64,000 bases of DNA from Octopus vulgaris. Taxonomy: Eukaryota. The notes under the pieces were generated by a model. That model did not search any database. It was not told the DNA's origin and saw only the letters and a list, made by a program, of their open reading frames with translations. Numbering within the stretch: the first letter of the stretch is position 1; each line of letters starts with the position of its first letter. The stretch is taken from the NCBI GenBank assembly GCA_951406725.2, contig OX597825.1, positions 67,828,001 to 67,892,000 on the forward strand, written 5' to 3'. Made by a program: the position numbers and the translations under genes. Shown here piece by piece: positions 42,029-55,833 of this stretch.

Positions 42029-42031
<3 letters not shown>

Positions 42032-42240
42032 TAATCCAAACATGAAAACACAAAGAGAAAACACAACAACGCGAGGACGTGGAACAAGTATAGTGTTATT
42101 GGACGCTCAGGAAAGGAAAGAAAGAAGGAGGATTTAACGCTTCGAGAGGAGCCCTTCGTCAAAAACATAGGAAAAGGAAAGATCCAAGGAAGGGAAGACG
42201 GAGGAAAAAAAATCGCGAACGATACACACGCGGTCACGGC
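42029..42240 (-). mobile_element. probable PLE pLTR fragment with decayed hammerhead-like core
   Basis: Abuts (TA)n; minus strand TTGACGAA-GGGCTCCTCTC-GAAGCGTTA. Confidence 0.45.
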
Positions 42241-42304
42241 AATGCTCCAGCATAACTGAAACAAGTAAAGGAAAGCAAAAGAATACCACTCTCTCTCTCT
42301 CTCT

Positions 42305-42764
42305 CTTTTACTCTTTTACTTGTTTCGGTCATGTGACTGCGGCCATGCTGGAGCACCGCCTTTAGTCGAGCAAATCGATCCCCTGGACTTATTATTTGTT
42401 AGCCTAGTACTTATTCTATCGGTCTCTTTTGCCGAACCGCTAAGTGAGGGGGGCGTAAACACACCAGCATTGGTTGTCAAGCGATTTTGGGGGGACAAAC
42501 ACAGACACACACGTACATATAAATATATATATATATATACATATATACACATATATACATATATACACATATATACTTATATACATATATATACATATAT
42601 ACGACAGGCTTCTTTCAGTTTCCGTCTACCAAATCCACTCACAAGGCTTTGGTCGGCCCGAGGCTATAGTAGAAGATACTTGCCCAAGGTGCCACACAGT
42701 GGAACTGAACCCGGAACCATGTGGTTGGTAAGCAAGCTACTTACCACACAGCCACTCCTGCGCC
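42305..42764 (-). mobile_element. family 1 SINE, full length
   Basis: High identity to 1287-1692. Confidence 0.88.
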
Positions 42765-43376
42765 TGATATTACATTATCAATTAAGAAAGATCAACGAAT
42801 GTGTATTACATGATAGAAGATACAGTCACTGGCACACACAGGCAAATAGTGTCACACCACTTCAAACAGATAGAGAGTGGGATCGTATCACGGACCAACC
42901 ACATAGTTGAGAATCAGCCATTTCATCTTCAAAGCCATTTGCGGCCATGTTCGCATTTGTTTTCATCTCTTAACAGCTAAGTGGTCTTGAATAGCCAACG
43001 TTAAGTATATTTTTCACACAGGCACGAGTTAACACACCATAGTAATAGTCTAAGACATTGCCAACTCTCATTAGAGAGACCTTGTTTATGCTTAGTCAAT
43101 GAAACTAAGCGATACCAAGCATATAAAAAGTATGAAAACAACCAAATTTACAAAAATAAGACAACTAATATTTCCCATTTAAAAGACGAAGGAGTGGACC
43201 ACCTACAAGATGTTCTGATATTTCTAAAATGTTATACAACAGTTGATGACTGTTCTTTTATTGTATCCGACTTCGAGGAACTTTCTTCCTTTTTTTTTTT
43301 ACTTTTTTCTTTTCATCAAACTAACACTTCACAGACACATTAAATATAATTGCTTAAATCTCTTTCCATGTGTGCA

Positions 43377-43379
<3 letters not shown>

Positions 43380-43415
<36 letters not shown>

Positions 43416-43488
43416 ATATGTGAGTGTGTAGGTGTGAGTACATGCACAAACTCATATATATAGTTATGCGTATGCATACATGTGTATC

Positions 43489-43526
<38 letters not shown>

Positions 43527-43800
43527 TGTGTGTGTGTGTGTGTACATATGGGAGTGTGTGGGTGTGAGTACATGCACAAACTCATATATATAGTTATGCG
43601 TATGCATACATGTGTATCTGTGTATGTATATAGTTATGCGTATGCATACATGTGTATCTGTGTATGTATATATATATATATGCGTGTGTGTGTGTGTACA
43701 TATGGGAGTGTGTGGGTGTGAGTACATGCACAAACTCATATATATAGTTATGTCTATGCATACATGTGTATCTGTGTATATATATGTGCGTGTGTGTGTG
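43380..43800. repeat. tandem repeat of ~120-160-bp TA/TG-rich units (3 copies)
   Basis: GAGTACATGCACAAACTCATATATATAGTTATG at ~43436, ~43566 and ~43720. Confidence 0.85.
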
Positions 43801-44047
43801 CATACATTTGTATGTGTAGACATTTGTGTGTGTGTGTGTATCAATGCAGGTATGTATATATGTATTACTTTTAATTACTTTTGCGACTAAGAGTTCCAAA
43901 TGTATATACATACACGTCTTCTGAGTTCCATTTGTTCTGTGCGTGTATGTATATATGTGTATATGTATATACATATATGTGTGTGTGTGAGTGTGTGCGT
44001 GTGTGTGTGCGTGTGTGTGTGTGCATGTGTGTGTATATATACGTATC

Positions 44048-44129
<82 letters not shown>

Positions 44130-44130
<1 letters not shown>

Positions 44131-46074
44131 TAGCAGAATTGCCCGGCGTTGCTCGGGGCTGAATTGCTTGAAAGTACTGTTAATGATTGCACTAAATTAT
44201 GATGATTTTTCAGGCAAATATTGATATAAGCTTACGGTGGGAGATAAGGACTTAACGATCAAACGTGTGCCATTGCATTGTTTTGGGGGAACCAAATTTC
44301 TGATGAGCATTATAGGGGCACCAACTTTAAGTTTGAGAATGTGTGGTGGTAGTCCGGGGTGCTCAAAGGAATTGAGTACCTCTATTGGATAGTTGATGAC
44401 GTCCTCTGGGTCAGGAGTTGTATCGATAGACTGATTTACATAGACTTCCCCAGGAATGAGTTTTAGCATTTCATCATTAATATGGTGAACAGTTTTATTC
44501 CTCGGGGCCAGTATAGCCTTTTTGCCAATCCAATCCATATTCTGATAATTAGCTTGTAGATCTGGGAACACTGCATCTCTGAGATCAGAAGGCGTCTTAA
44601 CAATGGTACAAATGGGATCGATGGCAATATTACCATTTTCATCCCCTGGTATTTTGCCTTCGCCAAATGCAAGGAGGGTGTGAGGAAATGCTGCTGATGT
44701 GATATTACGTCGCATATGAGCACGCATATTAGTGTGAAGTTTGAGAGTTACTTCCCTTTATTTAAAAAAATATGCATTAAAATGGAAAAAAATGATGGTA
44801 AATTATTTGTAAAATCATAGACTCATCGTAGACACGCGCTAATACCCAGAAGGGCTCGATATGAATCACGACTATAAGATACCCGGTTTTGGTTAAACTG
44901 CATCGCAAAATGTGGGAGTAGTTAGGAATCTAAATCGGAGTAGACAGACGCACAACCTTTCTTTTATATATAAATATTTTCGTCCTAAAAAACTTTGTAT
45001 GGATTGAATGGTTACCTCTATGGAAATATATACACGCACATTATACATACATGTGTGTATAGATGAATATATAAATACATTTAAATATCTATATACACTT
45101 TTGGGCGATCTTTCTGTTTCTTAGAGATAACTTTAGATCTTATTTTCGTCCTAAAAAACTTTGTGCGGAGTGAATGGTTACGTCTATGGAAATATATACA
45201 CACACGTTATACATACATGTGTGCATAGATGAATATATAAATACATTTATATATCTATATACACTTTTGGGCGATCTTTGTGCTACTTAGAGATAACTTT
45301 AGATCTTATTTTCGTCCTAAAAAACTTTGTGCGGAGTGAATGGTTACGTCTATGGAAATATATACGCACACATTATACATACATCTGTGTATAGATGAAT
45401 ATATAAATACATTTAAATATCTATATACACTTTTGGGCGATCTTTCTGCTACTTGTATATACTTTAGATCTTATATTCGTCCTAAAAAACTTTGTATGGA
45501 GTGAAATGTTACCTCTATGGAAATATATACACACACATTATACATACATCTGTGTATAGATGAATATATAAATACATTTAAATATCTATATACACTTTTG
45601 GGCGATCTTTCTGCTACTTGGATATAGGTCTTATATTCGTCCTAAAAAACTTTCCTGTCACACACTCACGCACACGCACACACACACACGCACACACACA
45701 CACACACTCACACACACACACGTTAGCTTACAATTTTATTTATATATTTGCGTGTCTATGTGTGTAAAGAGGAAGTGGCAGAGTGAAAGAGTCACTCACC
45801 ACAAAAAGTGAATTACTTTCACTTTATTCGTTGCACACTGTGTGTGTGCGTGTGCGTGTGGTGTAGGCCACACTAAGAAAAGCATTTGACTTAGACACCA
45901 CAATGTGAGTTTTCTCTAAATTTTGCTTAATTGGGGTTGAAATTTTAAAAACTGGACCTGGCACGACCCGATGCATTCTACTCTTAAAAATGCTAGGTAA
46001 ATTGTAATCCTATATTGTTGATTTCTATAAGATACAAAGGGAGGCAGATAAAATCTGCCTTTTATAATAAGAGA
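44130..46074 (-). mobile_element. composite non-autonomous Helitron with a Pif1-helicase fragment and an internal tandem repeat
   Basis: 5' TCTCTTATTATAAAAGG at 46074; 3' hairpin CCCGAGCAACGCCGGG plus CTAG|T at 44130; AILAPRNKTVHHIN, GLPPHILKLKVGAPIMLIRNL, CNGTRLIV at 44220-44750. Confidence 0.85.
44976..45655. repeat. ~167-bp minisatellite, 4 copies plus a partial fifth, inside the Helitron
   Basis: TTCGTCCTAAAAAACTTT at ~44979, 45145, 45311, 45476 and 45636. Confidence 0.9.
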
Positions 46075-46084
46075 TATACATATA

Positions 46085-46959
46085 CGTAGTCTGATCAATA
46101 AGTATCCGGACTGTTGCCACAGTAACAAAGCTAAAGCATGGAGAGTGGAGCCACTTGGCACAGATTGGCCTTGAACTCTACTGTGCATGAGCACTAAGTT
46201 TTAACGTTCTAGCTCACCGACACTGTTTATAGCAATGCTTAGAAGGAAGATGTGTAGCGTGTGATCGTCGCATTGACCATGACAGAGAAAGTTGAGCAGA
46301 GAATCTGCCTCAAATTTTGCCAAAAGTTTGGCGATACCTGCTCAGAAGCCTATGCAAAGTTTTTATCGTTCTCGACACAATCAAGATCTTGTGCAACTGA
46401 AACCCGAGTGTCTTTTTGGTTAGCTGAAAGCAGTTTTGTCGCAAACTTGGCAGACACGCGTCTCATACTCAAATCTTCAGTGATAATGGACTGAACTGAG
46501 CTGTAACTAATCTATACATCCTCTGATAACTCACGGATGGTGATTTGACGAGGTATCCTCACAACCACACGCACATTTGCGATGTTTTTCTCAGTTCTGC
46601 TGGTTGCGGGTCTCCCAGGACGTTCGTCAATACATTTTTCGGCCATCTTGGAAACGTCTGAACCACTCGTACACGTCTATGCGGCTCATAGACTCCTCTC
46701 CATACACTTTCTGCAACTTTGCGCAGGCCTCTGAGCAGGTATCGCCATGGCAACTTTCTTTGTCATAGCCAATGCGACGATCACACGCTACACACCTTCC
46801 TTCCAAGCACTGCTGTAAACAGTAGAAGTGAGGTAGAATGTTGAAACTTAGTGCGCGTGCACAACAAAGTTCAAGGTCAATCTGACCAAGCGGCTTTACT
46901 TTGCGTGATATAGCTTCGTTACTATGGCAACAGTACAAATACTTATTGATCACACCTCG
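46085..46959. mobile_element. mariner derivative made of two 5' ends in inverted orientation
   Basis: TA-flanked TIRs CGTAGTCTGATCAATAAGTA/TACTTATTGATCACACCTCG; EQRICLKFCQKFG on +, GDTCSEACAKLQKVYGEESMSRIDVYEWFRRF on -. Confidence 0.85.
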
Positions 46960-47184
46960 TATGTGTACACATACAAACACACACACACATGTGTGTGTGT
47001 GTGTACATTCTGTTCGTGAGGGTAAAGGGAAAACGCCCGGGTTTTAGAATTCGCTCAGACTGTGTAGAGAGAATTCTTCAATATAATCCTTTACTCTGCT
47101 AAATAAAGCCTGCATCTCCTACTGCAATTGAGTTAAGTCTGCACATTTTCAGTAATCTTCAGTTGATGTAAGTTTGTGAAGAGT

Positions 47185-47440
47185 CTTTCTTTAGTAGCCA
47201 TATGTATCTCGCCAATGTTGTGGCATTACGCGTATCCTGGATTTTAAAAGAGGATTTGTGTTTGTTGAATCTGGTCTTGAAGGGGTGTTCCCTTGTACCC
47301 ACATAGCTCTGTAATTGCATCACCCCATCGGAATCCTTCGACATGACTTCCGCCTCATATACGACGGTCTCTAAATTATATTGACCATTTAGTGAACCTG
47401 GAACATTGTCTCTATATGAGCAACCTGTCTCTATGTTCGT
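47185..47440 (-). mobile_element. Penelope-like GIY-YIG endonuclease fragment
   Basis: GCSYRDNVPGSLNGQYNLETVVYEAEV...SYVGTREHPFKTRFNKHKSSF...NATTLARYIWLLK. Confidence 0.75.
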
Positions 47441-47567
47441 TCGGGTCCATTTACTTAAATTTGCTTTTTATTAGGTGCGCAGTTAAAGGAGAGCCTTTTG
47501 AAAAATATTCTATATATATCACAGACACAAAAACATATACACACATACATATACATACATACGTATA

Positions 47568-47734
47568 TACGACGAGCTTCTTTCAGTTTCCGTCTACCAA
47601 ATCCACTCACAAGGCTTTGGTCGGCCCGAGGCTATAGTAGAAGACACTTGCCCAAGGTGCCACGAAGTGGGACTGAACCCAAAACCTTGTGGTTGTTAAG
47701 CAAGCTACTTAACCACACAGCCACTCCTACGCCT
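47568..47734 (-). mobile_element. family 1 SINE, 5' half
   Basis: Homology to 1287-1450. Confidence 0.8.
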
Positions 47735-48090
47735 ATGTTGGGATAACCAGGTATTATATCCCAGGCAACGGTTTTGCTCAGTCGACTCTCTCTCTCAATC
47801 GACTGTACTCATTAGTCAACTGAAAATAAAGAAATGAAATGACTGTTAGTGGTAGTGTGTAAGCTATCAAAGTTGTGTAAGCGGTATAAATCGACGGAAC
47901 TGTCTTTCATCCGTCACGCATCGATAAAAGGATTTTTATTTTTTAAATTGCCCTGAAAGAACTTTAGTAGGCATCAGCAGGTCGAAATTAAGAAATTAAA
48001 ATCGAGGTAATATAGTGAATGACTAAGACAAATCTTTGACCATCGGTTCGCACGATCAGAACTGGTCTTTATCTAGACAACTACAAAATA

Positions 48091-48656
48091 TTGGGTTGTC
48101 CGGAAATTTCGTGCCGATTTATAATAGCTTACCTTTCGACTTATTTTAGAACATGGATGAGTACATAAAATAGGATTTGACTACACCTCCATTTAGAACA
48201 CAGTTTAAGCTATCTTTTCGTGGAAATAGATTTATGTTCCTATAATCTGTGTTAATTCTGTAACCCTTTAAAATGGAAGATAAGAAAGTTCATTTTCGGC
48301 ACTTGATGCTTTGGGAACCAGACAAAAATTGCTGCAACTTGGCTGGGATGTGTTACCCCACCCTCCATATTCACCAGATATTGTTCCTTCGGATTTCCAC
48401 TTATTCAGGTCTCTGCAGAATAGTCTTAATGGTAAAAAATTTCAATTCCTGGATGACGCAAAAAGATACCTTGATGAATTGTTTGCCATGAAACCACCTC
48501 ACTTCTGGGAAGAAGGTATTTTCAAGTTAAAGGAAAGATGGAGACGCATTGTGCAACAAAATGGTTCATATTCAGTTGATTAAAAATGTAATGGCAAGTA
48601 TTTATTGACCTTTTTCTTTCCTTTAAAAATCGGCACGAACTTTCCGAACAACCCAA
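48091..48656 (+). mobile_element. internally deleted mariner with both TIRs
   Basis: TA-TTGGGTTGTCCGGAAATTTCGTGCCGATTT...AAATCGGCACGAACTTTCCGAACAACCCAA-TA; MEDKKVHFRHLML joined to LGWDVLPHPPYSPDIVPSDFHLF. Confidence 0.92.
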
Positions 48657-49194
48657 TATGTCAGTATATGAATCTGTAGACTAAGACATTCAGCACTTGT
48701 TCGGCGAGGGTGGTGTCTTTGATAATCTACAACCTTTATGATCTGCTGCAACATCGCACTAAATATTTTGAACTTTCTTCCTTTGTATAATTCCAACTCA
48801 AAGAAGAATGATGATAGTGCATCTAAACAGAACAAGTTTTTTAATTAACTTAATTATATCTCACTGAAGTAATACAAATTAATTGCATTTATCTTTTCTA
48901 TAGAACTTATATAAACTCCGATTCCCTGAGGTGTTGTGTTAGAATAAAGACTTAAAATGAATCAGATTTGATTCAGCAGTTATGCTCCTAATTGATATAT
49001 TACTAATGAAGAACGGTGCAGAGCTAGAGGTCGTACAGTAAAGTAGAGTTAATTAACTCGACTTCTCTGATGTTTACATTGTTAACCTGGAGGGTTAAAA
49101 AGACAAAATTTCCCTTTGCAAGATTTGAACTTGCATGGCATTTGATTCAGCCACCCTCAATATTCAGTAACTCACTGAAGGTTAGAAGCACTCA

Positions 49195-50036
49195 AGACGA
49201 TGAACTGACAGAAATTGTTTGAACGTCGGACAAATTGCTTAGCGGTATTTCGTCTGCCGCTACGTTCTGAGTTCAAATCCCGCCGAGGTCGACTTTGCTT
49301 TTCATCTTTTAGGGGGTCGATAAATTAAGTACCAGTTACGCACTGGGGTCGATGTAATCGACTTAATCTGTTTGTGTGTCCTTGTTTGTCCTGTCTGTGT
49401 TTAGCCCCTTGTGGGTAGTAAAGAAATAGGTATTTCGTCTGACGGTACGTTCTGAGTTCAAATTCCGCCAAAGTCGACTTTGCCTTTCATTCTTTCGGGG
49501 TCGATAAATTAAGTACCAGTTAAGCACTGGGGTGGATATAATCGACTTAATCCGTTTGTCTGTCCTTGTTTGCCCCCTCTATGTTTAGCCCCTTGTGGGC
49601 AATAAAGAAATAAGAAACGTTAACACGCCAGGCGAAATGCTTAGCAGTATTTCCTTTGTCTTTACGTTCTGAGTCCAAATTTCGCCGAGGTCGACTTTGC
49701 CTTTAATCCTCTCGGGGGTTGATGAATTAAGTATCAGTTGCATACTGGGGTCGGTCTAATCGACTGGCCCCCTCACCAAAAATTTCGGGCCTTGTGCCTA
49801 GAGTAGAAAATATTTTATCAGAATTAGGTGTGGAGCTGGCAGGATCGTTAGCACGCCGGGAAAAATACTCAACGGCATTTTGTCTGTCTTTACGTTCCGA
49901 GTTCAAATTCCACCGAGATCGACTTTGCCTTTCATCATTTCGGGGTCGATGAATTAAGTATCACTTGTGTACTGGGGTCGATCTAACCGACTAGCCCCCT
50001 TCCCAAAAAATTTCGTGCCTTGTGCCTAGAGTAGAA
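49195..50036 (+). mobile_element. family 4 SINE array (4A,4A,4B, then a separate 4B)
   Basis: Junctions AAGAAATA|GGTATTTCG at ~49428 and AAGAAATA|AGAAACG at ~49612. Confidence 0.85.
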
Positions 50037-50142
50037 GAAAGTATTGTTAGCCTTGATAATTCCTCACTAATAATTCAATTATATATGTATGTGTGTGTGA
50101 GAGAGAGAGATAGTATGTGTGTGTGTGTGTGTGTGAATGCGT

Positions 50143-50206
<64 letters not shown>

Positions 50207-51089
50207 GAGAGAGTGTGTGTGTATGTGGAAGAGAGAGTGTGTGTGTGAGTTTGTGTGTGTGTGCGTGTGTGTGAAAGAGAGAGTATGTGTTTTGTGTTTC
50301 TCTCTCACCGCCGTTTGACAACAGGCGTTGATTTATTTACGTCCCTGTAACTTAGCAGTCCAGCAAAAATACTTCGATAGAATAAGTCCCGGGATCAATT
50401 TGTTCGAGTAAACCCTTCAGTCCAATGGCATTGAAACAACTAAAATGCGATAGATAACTTTTGGGTCCTTTCAAAGACCGAAGCTTTGGACTTTATATTT
50501 TGACATATTCTGAAGAATATTGTCCCGACTCTTCGCTAGATCTTTCTTTTCTCTACAATACATTTTGACCTTGCAGTGTAAAAAAACAGTTTTTTCATGC
50601 CAGATAACATATAGCTACGTTCGAGTATAACCTAGCAGATACAGGTGCCAATTGACAACAATACAATAAAGCTTAGATAGCAGAAGTCGGAATGGAATTC
50701 TTTGACAACAGTTGAGATTCTAAGTTACAATAGCAGCATAAGACTTCTTAAAATACCAGAATACCCTGGTCGTCAATAATGACTACGGGTGTTTTTTTTT
50801 TAATTTGTTGTATCTTGGGAGGGTCATTACGTCAATAATATTAAACACACGCACTGTTTCAATATTAGTTCTTTATTGTTAGTCAATCGAGGATTTGTTT
50901 CAACAACCAATTTACATCAAGAATCTTGAAAAATAAATTAAAAACGAAGTGTTTTATTAGACTTTCAGATAATTATAACCTTTAGGCTTGCATGTATAAA
51001 TATTCGATTTTTTCCCATTTGAAGAATGTACATGGCAGCAGTTGCTCATTCACTCTTTATTCTACGTTATGTTATTTTCTACAATAAAT

Positions 51090-51149
<60 letters not shown>

Positions 51150-51550
51150 TCTAATTGCACAAATGTTGGACATGTTTATGTATTCAAAATAACCTCGCGT
51201 CTACTGCAAACTCGTGTCGAATAATCTGGAAAGTGAAAAGTAGAAAAATAGAAAGTGGAACAATCTCAACACCTTGAAATGGCTAAGTGTTCTTCACTGT
51301 GTGTGTGTGTGTGTTTGTGCATGTATATGTATATATAGGTTATGAGAGGTAATGGTGTCAGTAAGACCCAAAGGTATCAGGTAATGCTGAGTAAGTGCTA
51401 TGGACAGACAATAGTTAAGCTCCAGGTTCGGTGATTATGCGAATGATGAGTCCAACGTAGGTCATATATCAGCATGCGTATATATAAAAAAATTAACAGA
51501 ATGAGATAAAAATACAAGGCTGTAAAAGATTTCAGAACATTTATAAATAG

Positions 51551-51598
51551 GTCTTACAACGGTTTCCGGGATATTTTATATATCTCTTCATTGGAGAC
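51551..51598 (-). ncRNA. decayed PLE-type hammerhead remnant
   Basis: GTCT-CCAATGA-A-GAGATAT ataaa ATATCCC-G-GAAAC cgtt GTA-AGAC; stems intact, CUGA box mutated. Confidence 0.45.
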
Positions 51599-52811
51599 TG
51601 TGAGTGTTCTGAAATCTTTCACAGCCTTGCGCACACACACACATACAAGACAGAGCTTGTATGTGTGTGTGCGCGCGCGTATGTTCCATGTGGATTCGAA
51701 AACTGAGTTGCCTATTTTGACGTATGAGGTATCAAAAGATTTAATAATCTTTTGGCTACCAAGTAAAGTATGTTTTTGGCTCAACAACTCTTTTTTACTT
51801 CTAAAATAACCTCGAAAATAAGGTCGGATAGCACAATTTTGAGGTCATTTTCGGGCAATATTTCGATTTGCTTCTAATATTTCACTTTCGTCCGATGTTT
51901 CACGCATGCGCAGAATTCTACTGAAATAGCACACGTAAAAAATATGAAACCACCACCACAAAACACGACATGCTACAAGCAACACCTACACGCTATTATT
52001 TCTGTGGAAACTTCCACACTTTCAAAAAAAGCTAAAACATTCCGAGTTTTTACCATTTTGAAAGCGGGGAGGTGATGGGTGGTGGAACTTGGGGAAGGAT
52101 AGTTGAGTGTTTATTTCAAAAATATCTTAGGAAATTAAAATTTTCTTAAAGATTCGTTATCTCTGTATTTATCTACGTAGATTACCAAAAATATCGAAAG
52201 AAGTCCAAAATTAAACAATTGGAGTGGGGAGGGGGGAATTTACAATTTTGAAAACGTGATTTTTCGGCAAAATCGTCTTCTATATAGAAAACATAGGAAT
52301 CCCAACAAATTTTGGAAAAAAAAAGTGAGGTGGAAATCACTGCTGACATACGAGAAACAACAGGTACACGACACGATTTCTGAACTAAAATTCCTTTTAA
52401 GTTTATATCGAAGATCAGGTTTCTCAATACGCTCATCACAAACACTAATTACAAAATAAAAATAGGTAATTTCCATTGGAGTTGAGCTGTAATTTTGTCC
52501 GTGCACACAGCAACAAATAATATAATTCATACTGAAGTTTTACCTACAGTTTCTGTGCGTGTGTGCGAGCGCAAAAGAAGTTATTTTTACATACCTTTCT
52601 TCATTCCAGAAGAAGACAAGCTTTAACATTACTTCCAAATTTGGACTTCACCCATGATTGTTAAGCCACCAACAACGATGTAGGGGTGATCGCGCCAGAC
52701 AAAAATTTATGAAAATGTACACAAATATATCAAAATAAGCCACAATAAAAAAAATCATTAAAAAACATCCATTTCTCTATATGTTGCACTCAAACACGAA
52801 GTAAATCCGCC

Positions 52812-53410
52812 CTTATGCGATATATCATGGAGAGGGCTGCAACTAAAGCTAGCTTCGGTGGGGCTCTGATCCATTTGGATCAAGCCAAAGAATTCGATAG
52901 GGTCGACTATTGCAACTTGGAAACTGCCTTGAAAACGGGAGTTTTGGGACCCGTTTTCAGAGGCTGGGGTATTGCAATTCACAGAGGCACCTGCTCGGAG
53001 GTCAAAGTAAACAGCCGCCAATCGGAATTGTTTCACATCGCAAGCTCTGTCCATCAGGGCTGCCTGCTATCGCATCTTCTGTAGGTGCTGGCTCTCGAGC
53101 CACTGCTGCGTAAGTTAGAACAGTTGAGGGGCATCCCTTTCGAACTGAGATACGGGAGGTCAGTATCGACATACCGGACATCAGTCATGGTGTCGGACAC
53201 CTGAGAAGTTGGGACGGTCGGCAACATTCTAAAGGAATATGAATCGGTTACAGAAGCCAACACCGACAAGCTGGTGGGCTTGCAGCTGGTCACCTGGAGA
53301 GGCAGGTCAGTGCTGTCAGACGGCGTCGTTGGATGCAGGACTGGCGGACTAGTCAAACTACTCTGGAACTGGTTCAATCCGGATCTGCAGGTGGATAATA
53401 ACTGGGACAC
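52812..53410 (+). mobile_element. degenerate Tx1/L1-clade RT fragment
   Basis: LDQAKEFDRVDY, VKVNS, SVHQGCLLSHLL*VLALEPLL. Confidence 0.8.
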
Positions 53411-53643
53411 TTAAAATGCTCGGCTAAGCAGAAATACAAGCAACGTTCTTTCATTCGCTGCTGTTGGGACTATCTTCGTCTACTTCCGTAAATATTGCAT
53501 TTTTTAACACCGCACGTCCAAAGCAGATGCTATCCCCGGATGAATATCACTGCAAACTTGCCTGTCGAAATGTATTTGCATGAAGTACGATATATATAAG
53601 CGGCTATTATGATTTAATACTTCTTCTGTTGCATATAACGGGG

Positions 53644-53716
<73 letters not shown>

Positions 53717-53720
<4 letters not shown>

Positions 53721-53980
53721 GAGGGGGGACGAGGGGGTGAGAGGAGGAGGAGGAGGAGGGGAGGGGGAGAGAAAGAGGAGGAGGAGGAAAGTGGAGGGGG
53801 AGGGGAGAGGAGGAGGAAAGAGAAGGAGGGGAGGGGAGGGGATATGAGAAGGAGGAGAGGAGAAGGAAATGATGATGAGGATAATGATGATGAAGGAAGA
53901 AGGAGAAGAAGAAGAAGAAGAAGAAGAAGAAGAAGAAGAAGAAGAAGAAGAAGAAGAAGAAGAAGACGACGACGACGACT
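53717..53980. repeat. polypurine (GGA)/(GAA)n tract following (TG)n
   Basis: Direct reading. Confidence 0.9.
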
Positions 53981-54399
53981 CCCCCCTACCCTACCATCCC
54001 TCTCTTTCGGTATTCGTTTCTGCGTGCTGGCTCTAATTAGTCTTGTCTCCTCAACATTGTATCCTCATTATTTAAGAATTTCCTGTCATCTCCATGTCTC
54101 TGACACATTCTTCTATCATATTCAATTCGGTTCTCCTTCCAGTTTCCGCACACCTTCTTCACTGACATGTGCAACAATTCGTGATTCTGCTATTGTTGCA
54201 GTCGATATTATGTAACTCCAGCTCAGTTCACGCTGACTTACGAGCCAAGCGTTCCGGTAATGACCATCCCATCTTATTTTCAAAAACAGAATCCGTAACT
54301 ACTTTATCCAGTGTGCCCTTAATATATTTTTAAGTCGATGAGATGCGATGAGGGTAACTCGAACATTCATTTCCCCTCTTGTGTTCGTGTCTGTCTGTC

Positions 54400-54870
54400 T
54401 GTATACTCATCATCTCTTTTGTACTCATATTTTATCTCCTGTACTTAAATATCATGTTATGTACTCATATAATATCTTTTGTCATCATATATTGTTTACG
54501 TATCCATATATTGCCTGTACTCATTTATTGTCTCACGTACTCGTATTTTGTCCTATGTACTCATATATTGTCTCCTGTCATTATATGTTGTCTGATGTAC
54601 TCAAATATCTCCTGTACTCACATCCATCTCCTGTACTCATTTATTATCCCATGTACTCATATATTGTCTCCTGTCATTATATGTTGTCTGATGTACTCAA
54701 ATATCTCCTGTACTCACATCCATCTCCTGTACTCATTTATTATCCCATGTACTCATATATTGTCTCCTGTCATTATATGTTGTCTCATATACTCAAATAT
54801 CTCCTATACTTACATCCATCTCCTGTACTCGTATATTGTCGTATGTGTCCATATATTATCACGTATATTC
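54400..54870. repeat. 96-bp minisatellite built from TGTACTCA sub-repeats
   Basis: ATGTACTCATATATTGTCTCC at 54555, 54651 and 54747. Confidence 0.9.
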
Positions 54871-54879
54871 ACACGTTAT

Positions 54880-55283
54880 GTTATTTCTTTATTGCCCACA
54901 AGGAGCTAAACACAGAGAGGACAAACAAGGACAGACAAACGGATTAAGTCGATTATATTGACTCCAGTGTGTAACTGGTACTTAATTTATCGACCCCGAA
55001 AGGATGAAAGGCAAAGTCGACCTCGGCGGAATTTGAACTCAGAACGTAACGGCAGACGAAATACCTATTTCTTTACTACCCACAAGAGGCTAAACACACA
55101 GAGGACAAATAAGGACAGACAAATGGATTAAGTCGATTATATCGACCCCAGTGCGTAACTGGTACTTAATTTATCGACCCCGAAAGGATGAATGGCAAAG
55201 TCGACCTCGGAGGAATTTGAACTCAGAACGTAACGGCTACGTTTTTCGCCCGGCGTGTTAACCTTCCTGCCAGCTCACCGCCT
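54880..55283 (-). mobile_element. family 4A SINE dimer
   Basis: Junction GAAATACC|TATTTCTTTAC at ~55065. Confidence 0.85.
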
Positions 55284-55456
55284 CTACTATACTCATAACC
55301 TGTCCCCTGTACTCAATGACACTCTTTCTCATATCCAACTCCAGTATGCATGCCATGACTCCATGTACACCAATTCTATTCGCTGTGCTCATATCCTGTC
55401 TCCTACAATTATAAACACTTTCCAACACTCCTATCTCTGGAACTTATACCCCGTCA

Positions 55457-55833
55457 TCTATACTTATCTCTATATATATAAACGGCAAAATGTTTGCGTG
55501 TGTGTCCTTTATACAAATCCACAATTTTTCAGTTAGATGGCTCGCACTTTCTATGGTCATATAAAACCGTCCAAAGGTGGTCATGCACATCTTTACATTT
55601 CCCCAGTCACCCCGCAAAGCCATTAAAAAATCAATAGAAGTGATTTATGGTGAATTTTCTATCCAAAACCCAATCAAAATGCCCGAAACTTGATACGCCA
55701 ATTGAATGCCAGCTAGCTGTATGTGATTGGTCGGATATTTGGACAGTACTCGCGTGTATGTGCGCACGCATGCACACAGCTGTATATGCATGCACTAGCA
55801 CTATGACCCGGCGTTTCCGGGTCATAGTGCTAG
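55457..55833 (+). mobile_element. short non-autonomous Helitron
   Basis: 5' TCTATACTTATCTCTATATATATAAA; 3' hairpin with 18-bp arms (55794-55834) ending CTAG|T. Confidence 0.8.

Noticed and set aside
51820-52520. Possible DNA transposon remnant
   Set aside because: Could not define TIRs, TSD or coding motifs
54348-54947. 199-aa and 176-aa repetitive ORFs
   Set aside because: Products of the 96-bp minisatellite running into a SINE
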